64,000 nucleotides of DNA from NCBI RefSeq assembly GCF_009914755.1, contig NC_060928.1, one strand, 5' to 3'. The position numbers and the translations under genes are program-made. Shown here in pieces: positions 1 to 25,299 of this stretch (positions within the stretch are counted from its first letter, which is position 1; the number at the start of each line of letters is the position of its first letter). The notes below the pieces were generated by a model, which saw nothing but the letters and a program-made list of their open reading frames with translations, was not told where the DNA came from and did not search any database. Source of the stretch: the human T2T-CHM13v2.0 reference genome, Homo sapiens.

Positions 1-1600
<1,600 letters not shown>

Positions 1601-1649
1601 CGTTTGAAATTGGCATAATAAGCGTATCTGCTTCCTAGGATTGTGATGA

Positions 1650-1965
1650 GAACTGAAAATATAGTTAAAGTTCAGGAGGCTGGGAAGTCCAGTCAAAGGG
1701 CTGGCATCTGGTAAGGGCCTTGTTGCTGTGTCATGCCATGGCCAAAGATGGAAGGTCAAGAGAGGGCTGAACTCGCCCTTTTATAAGGAACCCACCCCTG
1801 GAACAGCACTGTGTCTCCCCACCCCCCACCTTATTGGTATTAATCCATTGATGAGAGCCATGCCCTCATGACCCAAACACCTCCCATTGCCCAACTCCCA
1901 ACACTGCTGCTTTGGGGATCAAGTTTCTAATACATGAACTTTGGGGGACATGCATTCAAACCATA
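1650..1965. mobile_element. ERVL-MaLR LTR fragment (MST/MLT1-like)
   Basis: ggaggctgggaagtcca...gccctcatgacccaaacacctcc...catgaactttgggggaca...ttcaaaccata. Confidence 0.75.
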
Positions 1966-2189
1966 ATAAAGTGAGAAGAGAAAGGTGCCCCTCAGTCTTC
2001 AGTCTTCTTTAGTTTACAAATTTAAATAAATAGACTTACTACATTATAGTCCCTAGGTGGTTCTTAGTAAGCCTTGGCACTGTGCTATAAGTATAAAAAT
2101 AATACGTAAAGTCTATCTAGTATTTACTTTGTTATTAATTCCCTAGCCCTGGTTTGTTTGCTGTGGTGTTGTTGTGGTGGTGGTGGTGA

Positions 2190-3991
2190 AAGGGTCTTGC
2201 TATGTCACCCAGGCTGGAGTGCAGTGGCGTGTCTCACAGTTCACTGCAGCTTCAAACACCTGGGCTCAAGTGATCCTCCCTCCTCAGCCCCTCAAGAAGC
2301 TGGGACTACAGGCATGCGCCACCACACCCAGCTAATTTTTGTGTTTTTATGTTCATCATGTTGCTTAGGCTGATCTCAAACTCCTTGGCTCAAGTGATCT
2401 GCCCACCTCAGCCTCCCAGAGTGCTGGGATTACAGGCGTGAGCCACTGTGCCCGGCTCATGTTCTCCTACTTCTCTGGCCATGTCATTTCATGTTGTTTT
2501 TGCAGATTTCCCAGATCTCAATCTTTTGATCTCCTTTCTCTCTAACTCAATTCAGTCTTTTCTGTGCATTAACATCTCCCAATGTTTGTTTCCAGTTTGT
2601 AACTCTCTCCTGAATGTCAGTCATCTAATTGTTGAACTCCTATTTTCTGTAAACCCTGTCAAGTCTTCCTAACCACTGTAGTTGGCACCTCCATCCTTCT
2701 GGTCGCTCAGCTGGAAACTGTGGACATTTTTTTTTTAAAGAGATAGATAGGGTCTTGCTGTCACCCAGGCTGGAGTGCAGTGGCATGATCACAGCTCACT
2801 GCAGCCTCAATCTCCTGGGCTCAGGCAACCCAGTTCAGCCTCCCGAATAGCTGGGACTACCAGTGCACACCACTACACCTGGTTAATTTGTTTTTGTTCT
2901 GTTTTGTTTTGTTGTAGAGATAGGGGCTCCCAGTGTTGCCCAGGCTGGTCTCAAACTCCTGACCCTAAGCGATCCTCCTGCCTTGGCCTCCCAAAGTGTT
3001 TTGATTACAGGCATGAGCCACCACACCCAGCCTCAAGGCTCCTTTTTGACTGCTGTTTGTCACAAATCACATCCAAGTTATCAAAACTTGTTGGATCCAA
3101 CTTTAGATTGATTGAGAATCCAACCACTTTCACTGCTGCCCCCCAGTTCACCCCTGCTGTCTCTTGCCTAGATTATTGTACATTTCCTCAAATGAGTTTC
3201 CTCCTGTCTGCCCTTATGTCCCTGTAGTATAGTGTAGTTTAAATATATCAGCCAGTGATATTTTCAAAATGTCAATCAGATTCTCCTCTTGAGTAGAATT
3301 CTCCAGCTGCTTCCCATCTCTGATAAAGGCCAAAGTCTAGATAGACCAGCAAGGCCCTACCCGATCTGCTCCCTCTCACTGCTTTTTCTCTGACCTCATC
3401 TCCTTTTATTCAGACTGTTCACACCACCATAATCCCCTCTGTTTATCAAGCTTGCCACGCATGTTCCTCAGGGATTTTGCACTTGCTGTTCCCTCTGCTT
3501 GGAATGTTTTATCAGTCTCCAGTGAGGCTATTTCCTTACCACCTCCCGGTCTCTGCTCAAATTCCATCTTTTGGCGAGGCCTCCTTAAGCATCGCATATC
3601 CAATAATAGCTCCCTGCCCACAAGCATTCCCTATTCTACCTTTTCCGTTTATTTTTCTCCAAAGCACTTTTCCATATATGACAGACTACACACACACATA
3701 TATATGTTTGTATATAGGGTCTTGTTTGTCTCTCCCCACTAGAAAGAACAGAAGCTCCATGAGGGCAGATACTCATCTGTTTTGCTCAGTGATGTATCTC
3801 CAGGGTAGTGTCTGGTACACGGTAGGCACTAAAACCTTTTTTTTCCTAGAGAGATATTTAATTTTTTTCTCTAGAGAGACAGAGTCTTGCTATTTTGCCC
3901 AGGCTGGCCTCAAACTCCTGGCCTCAATTGAGCCTCCTGCCTCAGCCTCCTGAGTAGCTGGAATTATAAGTGTGAGCCACTGTGCCTGGCT
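2190..3991. mobile_element. L2 fragments (~2500-3830) with interleaved AluJ - (2190-2457, 2727-3033) and FLAM - (3855-3991)
   Basis: L2 3' motifs (ttgcacttgctgttccctctgcttggaatg; aagctccatgagggcag) and Alu motifs. Confidence 0.8.
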
Positions 3992-4942
3992 CCAACTCAA
4001 AGATTTGACAAAAAATGAATGAACAGTCGTATGTGTCTGTGGTTTGAATGGGGCAGAAGATGAGAGTGGCTACCCATGATGGACCAAGTGGTATAGTCAC
4101 AAATTAGAGCTTCATATCTAAATCCTATTTTTTCGAAGTCCTTTTCTGGTTACTCTTATCCATCCTGATTGTTTTAACCCTTATTATACCCTAGTGATTC
4201 TGCATAGTTAGCACCCAGTTTTTCTCTCATGAATTCATGAGTATTAATCTTTCCCCAAATACTTGCCAATTTTTTTAGGGGAAATATCAGCACATATTTT
4301 ATTGGCATAACTCAATAAAACTACATTGGCATAACTCAGTGACTTAACAAAACTCAGAGAATAGAGAAATAAATGTAAAATTAACATACAGCAGAGAGAT
4401 TATCCCAAGGACTATGGGATTGGATTAAATTAAGAAGATTAGAGTGTTGCCAGTGATGGTCCCACTGTTTAAGAGAGTAAAGTGCAAAGAAGGTGAGTAA
4501 AATTGCAGGGAGCACAGAACAGCCTGGCACAGGGGAGTCCATCAGTAAGCTGTCTAGAACGAGGGTGGATAAGTGGAAATGCCTTTCAGGACCATCTGTA
4601 TCTCTGTCCTAACTTCATGCTCATTATGCAACAGACTAATGTTTCCCAGGTACTTTAGTATTAGAGGGCTTGTCCTATGTCATGTTGTGGTTAAATACTC
4701 TGGCAGTCAGTGTTGCACCAGTCCACCTTGGGGAATATCTTTGGGTTTCCTGTAAGGTCTAAGGGGGCAGAGACAAGACTATAGTAAACACTTCCTAATG
4801 ATTCCCCTCTACCTAGTCTCTTATTCAAAATGTAGCCCAATGATATCTTTCTCAGACGTGCTCATCTACAGTGAAACAAGTACAAAAGGGCTATGCCAAT
4901 AAAACTTGAAAGGCAAATTGCAGTGTATTATTCCATACATGA

Positions 4943-5822
<880 letters not shown>

Positions 5823-6199
5823 TTAAAAAGTTAGGTAAGCAGGTCTAGAGAGTTGTGGCACAGCTAAATAGTCATAGAACTGGGACTAGAATTCTCTTTT
5901 GAGGCCTTAGAATTTGGTCACGCTGCAGTATATCCTGCATCTCAAAAGCTTTGTCTTCTGAGGGTGAATTTGTTGAAAACCACCAAGAGGATCTCAGGCC
6001 AAATAAGGTAGATGACCAGATTTGATAATCTGCTATTAGTCCAAAATGAACTGGCTTTAACAAGAATGTTTTCCTTGAGAATTGTAGTGAATGAATAGCC
6101 TATTAAATGCATCGCAAAAACTAGATCCCCCTAAAAGACAACAGGGAATGATAGACTATCCCATTTGATTCATCTCATATATACACAGCAGTCTCAGAG

Positions 6200-8130
<1,931 letters not shown>

Positions 8131-8329
8131 CTCCTCAAACGTTTGACTCCCATTGGACATCCTTCCTTCTGCACATTCATTTTTGCATGGTAGTTTTTTC
8201 ATATAACCACCCTAAAACTCAGCTTGGCAAAGATAAAATGTCATCAAAAGGAATGTAGGGCAGTCCTATTGAAACTGAGCTCTACATCAAGCCCAGAGCC
8301 TGACAGGTGTCAAACGTCACTGTTTATTT

Positions 8330-8465
8330 CACATTTAAAATATAAAATATACCATGGTGTCCCTGTGAGTTTGCTGTGGTTCCCTGGGACACGTTAGCTC
8401 ACAATTTGGGGATCACAATCCCAGGTGATGCTGATATTGCTGATCAGGAGACCACACTTGGATGT
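8330..8465. mobile_element. MER5-like hAT DNA transposon fragment
   Basis: cccaggtgatgctgatattgctgatcaggagaccacacttg. Confidence 0.6.
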
Positions 8466-9674
8466 TTGGCTGTTTTTTGTTTGTTTTCCCCAAAAAACCT
8501 ACAGGAAGTAAAAAAAAAAAGTACAAGAAGAAAGACTTTCAAAACTTGTACTGCCAGCCATGAAGAAAATTTCTTCCTTTGGACCCATGTACTCATGTAT
8601 TTATCAATTAAAATGAAATTATTGAAATCAGTTTGGAAACAGTTGTATATGTGTGTATTTGTGGGAGAGCATGCTTGCTTGCAGATGCACACACACCTGC
8701 TATGTTTGTTGGGAAAATTAGTATGTGTTCATTTGCTGTAGTCTAGCTTTCTTACTGGAGGGAAAAACTACTTTGAGTAGACAGGAAGGAACAAAAAAAG
8801 CATGCTTGCATCCTCATTGACCTTAATGTTCAAGGACATTTGGTGGTAAATAATTGAATTTCCTTTGTAACCTGCCACAGTGAATTTGATTGACTGCTAG
8901 TTTGAGATGTGATTGATAAGCCTGCCAAATTTTATAAAGAAAACTTTATATAATGTTTACATTTATAAAATGTTTATGTTTTATAAAGAAAACTTTGTAT
9001 CTCTCAAGAGAGGGAAATCCAGATTGCCTGGTACCAGCATTTATCATACAGAGAATCTTGGATGTTACTCCCAGTAAAATGTGCCCCTAATTTATACTAT
9101 AATGAAAATAAAACATAGTTGACCTCTAAAAGAGCAATCAACTGCTTTCAAGTGAACTGCCACATAATGCTAATTAGTTGAAGATTATGCTCTGTTCTCC
9201 TTAATGAATTATAAAAAGCAAAACACTAAAAATTAACTCGGGAAGACAAAGTAACTGGTGCTTCCTGCATTTTTCCTTGTTCTTTGTCTTTCTAGGATCC
9301 CAGGAAATGTGGGCAACTCATGAGAAGGTAGTGCCCTGGATGGAAGTTAGCTGAACAAAATCAGCTTACTCTAAGCCCTTCTGGCCTCAGCCCCTTTTCT
9401 GGATTTTAAGAAATCCAGCAATTGATACAAGATTATAGAGTATACCACTCAGTGAAGTTCAGAGTTCTACTACAGAAAGCCCAAGCCTTGATTTACACTT
9501 AACATCTAGGAGAAATGGGAAAGAATCTAGCCATTACTTTCCCCAACAGAGGGATCTGTATAGATGAGATGACCAGCGTAGCAAGCAGCCTGCTATTACC
9601 TAATCTCTCACCCAGGATTAACATTAACATGGGCTTTCTAACATTTCACTTTTTACAAACTAGTCTTTAAGATC

Positions 9675-10071
<397 letters not shown>

Positions 10072-10237
10072 TAGGTTAGAAGAGGCCATCAAGATCAAAG
10101 TATTTCTTCCTTAAAAGGATGAGTTTTCATTGTTAATCAGAGGCTAGTTTTAACGGTAGTACTTAAATTAACTGTCCTAGTAGAAAGCTGGAACCTGGAA
10201 ACTCCTTTATTCTGCCTCTGTAGAAATGGCTTTATAC

Positions 10238-10538
10238 GCCGGGCGTGGTGGCTCATGCTTGTAATCCCAGCACTTTGGGAGGCCGAGGCGGGCAGATCAC
10301 CTGAGGTCGGGAGTTCCAGACTAGCCTGACCAACATGGGGAAACCCCATCTCTACTGAAAATACAAAATTAGCAGCGGGTAGAGGTGCATGCCTGTAATC
10401 CCAGCTACTTGGGAGGCTGAGGCAGGAGAATTGCTTGAACCTGGGGGTGGAGGTTGCGGTGAGCCGAGATTGTGCCATTGCACTCCAGCCTGGGCAACAA
10501 GAGCGAAACTCCATCTCAAAAAAAAAAAAAAAGAAAAA
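10238..10538 (+). mobile_element. AluSp-like with 16-bp TSD
   Basis: TSD agaaatggctttatac at 10222 and 10539. Confidence 0.93.
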
Positions 10539-10676
10539 AGAAATGGCTTTATACACTATTATGGCAACAATTGAGCTCCTGGTTTCGGTGGACAGTAAAT
10601 GTTTATCTTACAGTTGTGCTGGGCGAGAAGTCAGGAAAAGGAGCTGAGTGTGTAACTGTGATTTCCTTTTCCGTAG

Positions 10677-10946
10677 TGTGTTCCATGGGAACCGGTACAA
10701 GCAGACTCTATAGTGCTCTCGCCAAGACACTGAACAGCAGCGCTGCCTCCCAGCACCCAGAGTATTTGGTGTCACCTGACCCAGAGCATCTGGAGCCCAT
10801 TGATCCTAAAGAGCTTCTTGAGGAATGCAGGGCCGTCCTGCACACCCGACCTCCCCGGTTCCAGAGGGATTTTGTGGATCTGAGGACAGATTGCCCTAGT
10901 ACCCACCCACCTATCAGGGTTATGCAATGGAACATCCTCGCCCAAG
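10677..10946 (+). CDS. NOCT: NOCT (nocturnin/CCRN4L) coding exon 2, 270 nt, phase 1-1
   Basis: Acceptor ttttccgtag|TGTG, donor CAAG|gtatgc; encodes (V)CSMGTGTSRLYSALAK...PIRVMQWNILAQ(A), which I recognise as nocturnin; WNIL is the first EEP motif. Confidence 0.97.
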
Positions 10947-11237
10947 GTATGCTGGATGCTTTTGTGCCTCTGCAGTCAAGTTTGCTGTGACTGCCTTTCT
11001 GCTTCTGCACATCCACAGTGCACTGTTTTATGTGGAAGGAAGAGGTGTGGGCAGATGGAGGTGACTGCAGCAGCATGGAGAGCTCCTAGAAGAGGTTAAG
11101 ACAGGGAATCATCTGGTTTTCACTTTTTTTTTTTTTTTAGAAAGAAAAAAGACACTTTAATTGTTCTTGGATAGTCTACAAACATGGAAGGTGTAAAGAA
11201 TAAACCACGAGTTACTTGCTTTAATTGTAAAAACCAA

Positions 11238-11667
<430 letters not shown>

Positions 11668-12237
11668 TCAATCAACTCTATGTAGCATTGCCTTTTATGT
11701 AAGCAGTTGAGATTTTAAGAAAAACAAGGGCCTGATTTTTTTTTTTCCTGGAAAATAAGGGGAGATTCCGTGACTTACCAATCTTTGATTCTTTTTCCCT
11801 AAGTAGGAAAAGCTGCCTATTTAAAATAAGTTCCATTCATTCTGAGTAGTGTCCATAATAGGGTTAAAACTAATACTTGGTGTTAAATATTTGGTGTTTA
11901 AAAAAACCAAAAAAATTTTAAAAGAAAATTGGCATTTATTTCATTTTATATAGCTTAGATCCCTGGCACTGCAAAGCAGTTTCCTTAAGTAAGATCTTAA
12001 TATCCTGGAATATAGTTAACATGAAATCATTTCGAAACAAAAGATCTGTTGTTTGCTTCATCCACATAGTGAGAGGTGATTTAGTTTGGATGGGGTAATA
12101 CAGTTTGGACAGAGAGCCACTCCAAGCATTTAAAGCAGAGGAAGCATTCTGAGGGTCTTGAGTGATGCCAAACCTCCTGGGTACTTTGAAGTCACGGTTT
12201 TGTAAGAGCTGACAACTGACTAGCTTTTTCTTTTCAG

Positions 12238-13073
12238 CTCTTGGAGAAGGCAAAGACAACTTTGTACAGTGCCCTGTTGAAGCACTCAAATGGGAAGAAA
12301 GGAAATGTCTCATCCTGGAAGAAATCCTGGCCTACCAGCCTGATATATTGTGCCTCCAAGAGGTGGACCACTATTTTGACACCTTCCAGCCACTCCTCAG
12401 TAGACTAGGCTATCAAGGCACGTTTTTCCCCAAACCCTGGTCACCTTGTCTAGATGTAGAACACAACAATGGACCAGATGGTTGTGCCTTATTTTTTCTT
12501 CAAAACCGATTCAAGCTAGTCAACAGTGCCAATATTAGGCTGACAGCCATGACATTGAAAACCAACCAGGTGGCCATTGCACAGACCCTGGAGTGCAAGG
12601 AGTCAGGCCGACAGTTCTGCATCGCTGTTACCCATCTAAAAGCACGCACTGGCTGGGAGCGGTTTCGATCAGCTCAAGGCTGTGACCTCCTTCAGAACCT
12701 GCAAAACATCACCCAAGGAGCCAAGATTCCCCTTATTGTGTGTGGGGACTTCAATGCAGAGCCAACAGAAGAGGTCTACAAACACTTTGCTTCCTCCAGC
12801 CTCAACCTGAACAGCGCCTACAAGCTGCTGAGTGCTGATGGGCAGTCAGAACCCCCATACACTACCTGGAAGATCCGGACCTCAGGGGAGTGCAGGCACA
12901 CCCTGGATTACATCTGGTATTCTAAACATGCTCTAAATGTAAGGTCAGCTCTCGATCTGCTCACTGAAGAACAGATTGGACCCAACAGGTTACCTTCCTT
13001 CAATTATCCTTCAGACCACCTGTCTCTAGTGTGTGACTTCAGCTTTACTGAGGAATCTGATGGACTTTCATAA
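12238..13073 (+). CDS. NOCT: NOCT terminal coding exon 3, EEP (CCR4-like) catalytic domain
   Basis: Acceptor tttttcttttcag|CTC, in frame with exon 2; motifs LQEVD, THLKA, GDFNA, LDYIW, PSDHL; stop TAA at 13071-13073. Confidence 0.98.
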
Positions 13074-13540
<467 letters not shown>

Positions 13541-13613
13541 TTTTGGCTTGTGTTGTTTTCTTTTCCTTAATATTACATTTTGATCATTTAAGGGCATTAA
13601 ATTGGCTTGTTTT

Positions 13614-17161
<3,548 letters not shown>

Positions 17162-18483
17162 TGATACAGTAAAGTCTAGTTTTGCCCAAAGTAGAACATT
17201 TGATACTGTTTGTGTACTTCAATCGTAGTTTTTAAAGGAAGCAATAAGAACAGCTACTCTAGTATTTCAAATTAAAGGAAAAAACTGATGCAAATATTCT
17301 GTATTCAAACCATTTTTTAAAACAGTCAAGATTTATAATGAAGGGAATGTTGCATATAGTTACATATATATGCATTATTTATCATGTGTGTTAGACTTGA
17401 AAGATTCCCAAGAATTAAATTCTAAAAAGAGAGAAAACTAAAACATGATTTCAGTTTTAAAAAAGGAAAGACATCCAAGAAATGAATGTGCATGCATAAG
17501 GAGCTCTCTAATCAACTCTTTCTTTAAAATGACATGTATAAAAATATAGGACAGGCAGACTTTTTACCTGGAGTGGATAGATATTAGCAAGAGATTTGTG
17601 AGCCATGGTCAAACACCAGAATGGCAAAGGCCTGGAACTAGGGCATGTACAATAAGGGGAGAGGAAAAAAGCAACATGTCAAAGGGCACAGGCTGTAACT
17701 GAAAAGACTTAGCTGTCACCAGTGTGACCCTGAACGAGTAGAGCCTAAGTTTTCTCATCCATAGAGTATATCTGCCCTCTCAACCTCATAGATTTGTGAG
17801 ATCTGTAAAATAATATAAATTTTAAAATACATATTGTAAGTCACACAATAATAATGGCTAAGTTTCAAAACAAAAAAGGGAAGGGCCCTCTGTATTTCAT
17901 GTCGTAACAACCCACTCCTAATTTTTTCACCAAAGAGAATAACCCTTCAATTTGAAAGGGCAGAACTAAGTGTTTATAGAAATTTAAGCCCAAAATAGGC
18001 AGAAGGGCTGACTGAAGGGCAAAAGATTGGTTGGTTGGTCTTTTCTACCCAGTTGTTCCTCTAGGCAGATGTGAGGTTGTGGGCTAGTGCTTAGGTTCTT
18101 CAATTTCGAGAGGTTGTCAGTTGTACTTTGATTTGTAATGTAGAAAGATCTGCCTTTGAATGACAAAACAGAATACCCACAACTCCAGCCCCTTGTTCCC
18201 ATATTTCTTTGGAAAACTCAATTCTGGGAAAACATTCATGTAAGATTAGTCACACAGACAGCAAAACCTTTCTTGACAGAATGCTAGGCAAAGCTTTGCG
18301 TCTCCTAAGCATCTGGTAAACTTGGACTGTATGAATCTCAACTGGTTAATTTATCTTTATTGGCTGCCAATATATTCAAAGCCAGTATATAGCTGCATTT
18401 TAATGACTGTGTAACACTTTACAGCATATATTCTATTAGTTTTCTTTTGTTAATTTATTTAAAATTCCTTTTTTCTTCACTGA

Positions 18484-21516
<3,033 letters not shown>

Positions 21517-22149
21517 AAGCAATGTTTTACTTGTATTATATTTTCCCTTTGGAAGCTGTGATGTATTGTTTTTTAGTCTTGAACCCAAAGCATTACTACT
21601 GAGTTGCAGTGTTCAGAAAGATAGTTATGGGTGCTCAAATAAGTCTCCCTGCTGCACGTGAGTGTTTCAAAGGTTTGGAGGTGTGACACAGATAGGAGGC
21701 AAATCAGTGCCCTTGTAAAGGGTGAGCAGTATCTTATTCTACCATTAGGGCTGGCATCACAGTGTACTGAGTTCCTACAGAGTATGTTTTAATTATGGGG
21801 GACAGTGATTGTAACAAAGGGGCTGAAGACTAGATGAATCACAACCACTGAAGACTTGCAGTACTTTGAATGGTTAAAAGCTACAATAAAAGGGAAAGTT
21901 GCTTTGATAGCTGTGGAACTAAAGGGTTACTCTTGCCTGCCAAAAATAAAGTGCTCTGTAGTACCCTCATAAAAGTAGGATAGGAGACTTAAAAGCAAAA
22001 GGATCATAAGAGACCTTATAAATAACTCCAAGGCCAAAATTTTCTTTAGTTTGTCTTAGTAATTACACATGACTTGTTAATGTGATCAGAAATGTACACT
22101 CCTGCGTGTATGCGGTGTCAGACAGGCCACTAAGTAATGTACCAAGTGC

Positions 22150-23600
22150 CCCATCCCTTACATTCTGGCTTCACCACCACACCTCACTGGAACTGCCCTC
22201 TCATTGTCAGTGTTAAGCTCAGTGGCTTTTTCTTTAGCCTGATTTGCTTTGCCTTTCTCCACTTGATGTTGCCACCATATCCTGAAATGTTACCTTATCT
22301 GTCCTGTTTATTCTCTATGAATAGTCCTTGACATCCGTTGCTGATTCTTTTTCTTCTCCCCCAACCTATCTTTATATACTTTACTCTTTCTACTCTTTAA
22401 GTTCTGAGCTAACTCACAGATCACTCCCCAACCTGAATGGTTTCCACACCTATTTCAGAAACTTTTATTTTGATGTCTGTCACCTCATATCTCAGTAAAT
22501 AAAACTGAACTCCAATGTAGGTGAAGGAGGAACGAGTTGTCCAGAAAGAAGCCATCAATGGATGACTCATGAGGTATGAATGCCTAGAATATTTGGGAAA
22601 AAATGAAATATAGCCCAAGTAAGTCTAAAAGAGGAGTAGCAAGAGAATGAGGCTTGGGGAGACAGGAGGAGCCCAGATCAAAGGACTTTAATTGCTATGC
22701 TTAGGCATATCTTTTTAGCAAGAGATGCCATTGAAGAATCTGAAGCAATCACAAAGGTTCATGAGTGATGAAAGCTGCATTTAGAAAGCTCTCAACTGGT
22801 AGCCTGGAGAATGGATTAGAGAGAGACTTGGTGAGACAAAGACAGGGAGGATGGAAAAGAAAGTATTTAGAAGGTACTATGAGTAGAAATTTGGTTAATG
22901 ATTAGAGGAGGTAAAGTATCTAGGATGGCCCCCAGGTTGCTTCTAGTATGAGTAATGGGTTGCTGGTATTATTTATTGGGCTAAGAGAAACAGATTTTGG
23001 AGGGAAGAGAGCTCAAATGGATACTCAGGAAGAAACAGCCAGTGGCAATTAGATAAACCCACCTAAGATACAGTAGTGCCTGCTTCAGCAGCACATATCC
23101 TAATACTGGAACGATACACAGATTAACACAGCCCCTGCACAAGGATGACACGCAATTTCATGAAGCATTCCAACAGAGAAAAAAAATGACAGCATAAAAG
23201 TCTAGGCTTTAACAATAGATTTGGTAGTAAAAACCATAGGCATGGGTGAGATTATCTAACAATTATGTTAGTGAAATAATAGTAAACGTCTAATAAGAGT
23301 GTTTTCTATGTGCCAGACACTAGTTACAAATCCTTAATATATTAACTCATTTAATCCTGACAACAATTCTATGAGGAAAAGAAGAAAGAAGCCCATAGGC
23401 AGAAAGAACAAAGAAAAAACAAGTTGGTTAGGCAGGAAGTAAACATGGGAAACCAAGTAAGTTTTGAGAAGTAGGCCATGAGATTAAGTGAACCAAAGTG
23501 TCCGTTTAATTTGACAGTTGGGTTACTGGAGATCTCATGGAGAACTGTTTCTAAGCAAGAATTCAGACTGCAGGCTATTTGAAGAAAAAGAAGGGACAGA
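22150..23600. mobile_element. Degenerate L2/MIR fragments flanking the U6 pseudogene
   Basis: tatgtgccagacacta...attaactcatttaatcctgacaacaattctatgagg (MIR); purine-rich L2-like text. Confidence 0.5.
23076..23172 (+). pseudogene. U6 snRNA retro-pseudogene
   Basis: gtgcctgcttcagcagcacatatcctaatactggaacgatac...cccctgcacaaggatgacacgcaatttcatgaagcattcca aligns along the length of U6, with CpG decay, a mutated ACAGAGA box and an A-rich tail. Confidence 0.93.
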
Positions 23601-24129
23601 AAGATAGGCTATTAATTGTTGGAGCAAGGAGACCAAGTAGGTGTGAAAGGGAGATGCTGGGCACAGGAGGAAGGGCACCTCCTTCCTGAGACAGGTGGTA
23701 AGGATGGATGTTGGAGTAACTAAATCATCTGTAACAAGGGGTCCAGGAATGGAGAGAATTCACAGCTCATGACCATGTTCTCTGTAGAGGTATACTGGTT
23801 ATCTGGTGACAAGGGTGGTGAAGGCTGGAATTGATGCTGGAAAGTGGCCTAAAGAATAAATTGATAGACTACTGATCATAATTTAAAGATCTAGTGAGGC
23901 TGGAAAATGTAGTAGCATCAAGCCAAGGTTATGTGGGGTTTTTTCCCTCTAATACACTGGACACAAAAAAGCAACTATAAATTATATTGATTTATAGTTT
24001 GGAAGGGCTGAGATTAAAAGCCATAGCATTAAAAGGGCAGGAAGGATGGGGGTGAGGCACATCATTAATTTCAATCTGCAACATTCTGATCAGTATATAC
24101 TGTCAACATGTATGTTTCCAAGTCTAGAC

Positions 24130-24421
24130 TTTTTTTTTGAGACAGAATCTCGCTGTCACCCAGGCTGAAGGGAGTGCAGTGGCATCATCTTGGCTCACTG
24201 CAACCTCCACCTCCCAGATTCAAGAGATTCTTGTGCCTCAGACTCCTGAGGAGCTGGGATTACAAACATTGCACCACCACTCCCGGATAATTTTTGTATT
24301 TTTAGTAGAGACGGGGTTTCACCATGTTGGCCAGGCTGGTCTCAAACTCTTGGCCTCAAGCAATCCACCCACCTTGGCTCCCAAAGTTCTGGGATTACAG
24401 GCGTGAGCCACCGCACCTGGC
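24130..24421 (-). mobile_element. AluS with TSD
   Basis: TSD tccaagtctagacttt on both sides. Confidence 0.92.
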
Positions 24422-25299
24422 TCCAAGTCTAGACTTTAGATGTGCTTATTCTCAAAGAGAAAAAAATTTCCAGTAGAGTAGCAGAGGTAGCTAGATAGCC
24501 CTGGTTTAACCCTGTTAGAACCGATTAAGAATCCAGCATAGAAGCAAAGTATTTAAGCATGTGACTTATATTCTCAGCAAATGTTCCCAAAATCAATAAA
24601 TGTCTGACCTGAGTGTCTAATATGCTCAGCACTTGGGGAGAGGGGTAGGTATGGCATAAAATATAATCGTTGCTCTAAATGAGTATTATGGAAGACATGA
24701 CAAACAAATGAAGTCACAGTGCAATAAACAAGATAATACAATTAAGTGCCAAAGCACTTAATATTGATTTTCAAAGCTGAAATATTTTGGAAATGTTTTA
24801 AAAGGAGACAGAATTTGAGAGTAACTCCCAAATGGGAAAATAATCAAGTGAGTTTTTCTTTGAGCTTTTGTATAAAAGTATCATCAATATATTTATGGAA
24901 AAGTTTAAAAGATTACAAAGGGAACTGTTATAAACAATTTCTGACCTAAGTAGTATGTGATCAATTAAAAGACAAAAAATATTATGTATGAGTTCATCTA
25001 CATTTCTAAAACATGTAAAAATAGATAACTTTTCTTTGTAGTAGAAAGAGCATTAAGATATGGAGTGACAGACAGTAGTAAAATTACATAGTTTATGTAA
25101 TCCTTCAGATACCTTAACTTCCTAATCTGTAAAAGGGCTAGAAGAGTAATTGTTCTTTTTAATCCACAAAAGGTCTGATTGTGAAACAAATGGTTTAAAG
25201 TGTTTTACAAATATAAATTCTTTAAGTGCAGCCAACTAAAATACTAAATTCATTACGTTAAGCAGAACATTATAGTTCATCATAATTAGAAAGAAACTG

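Noticed and set aside
10472-10990. 172-aa ORF as a standalone gene
   Set aside because: It is NOCT exon 2 with intronic and Alu flanks read through.
11695-11702. D-box-like TTATGTAA in NOCT intron 2, and scattered CACGTG E-boxes
   Set aside because: Isolated short motifs, several inside Alus, with no clustering; the NOCT promoter is outside the window.
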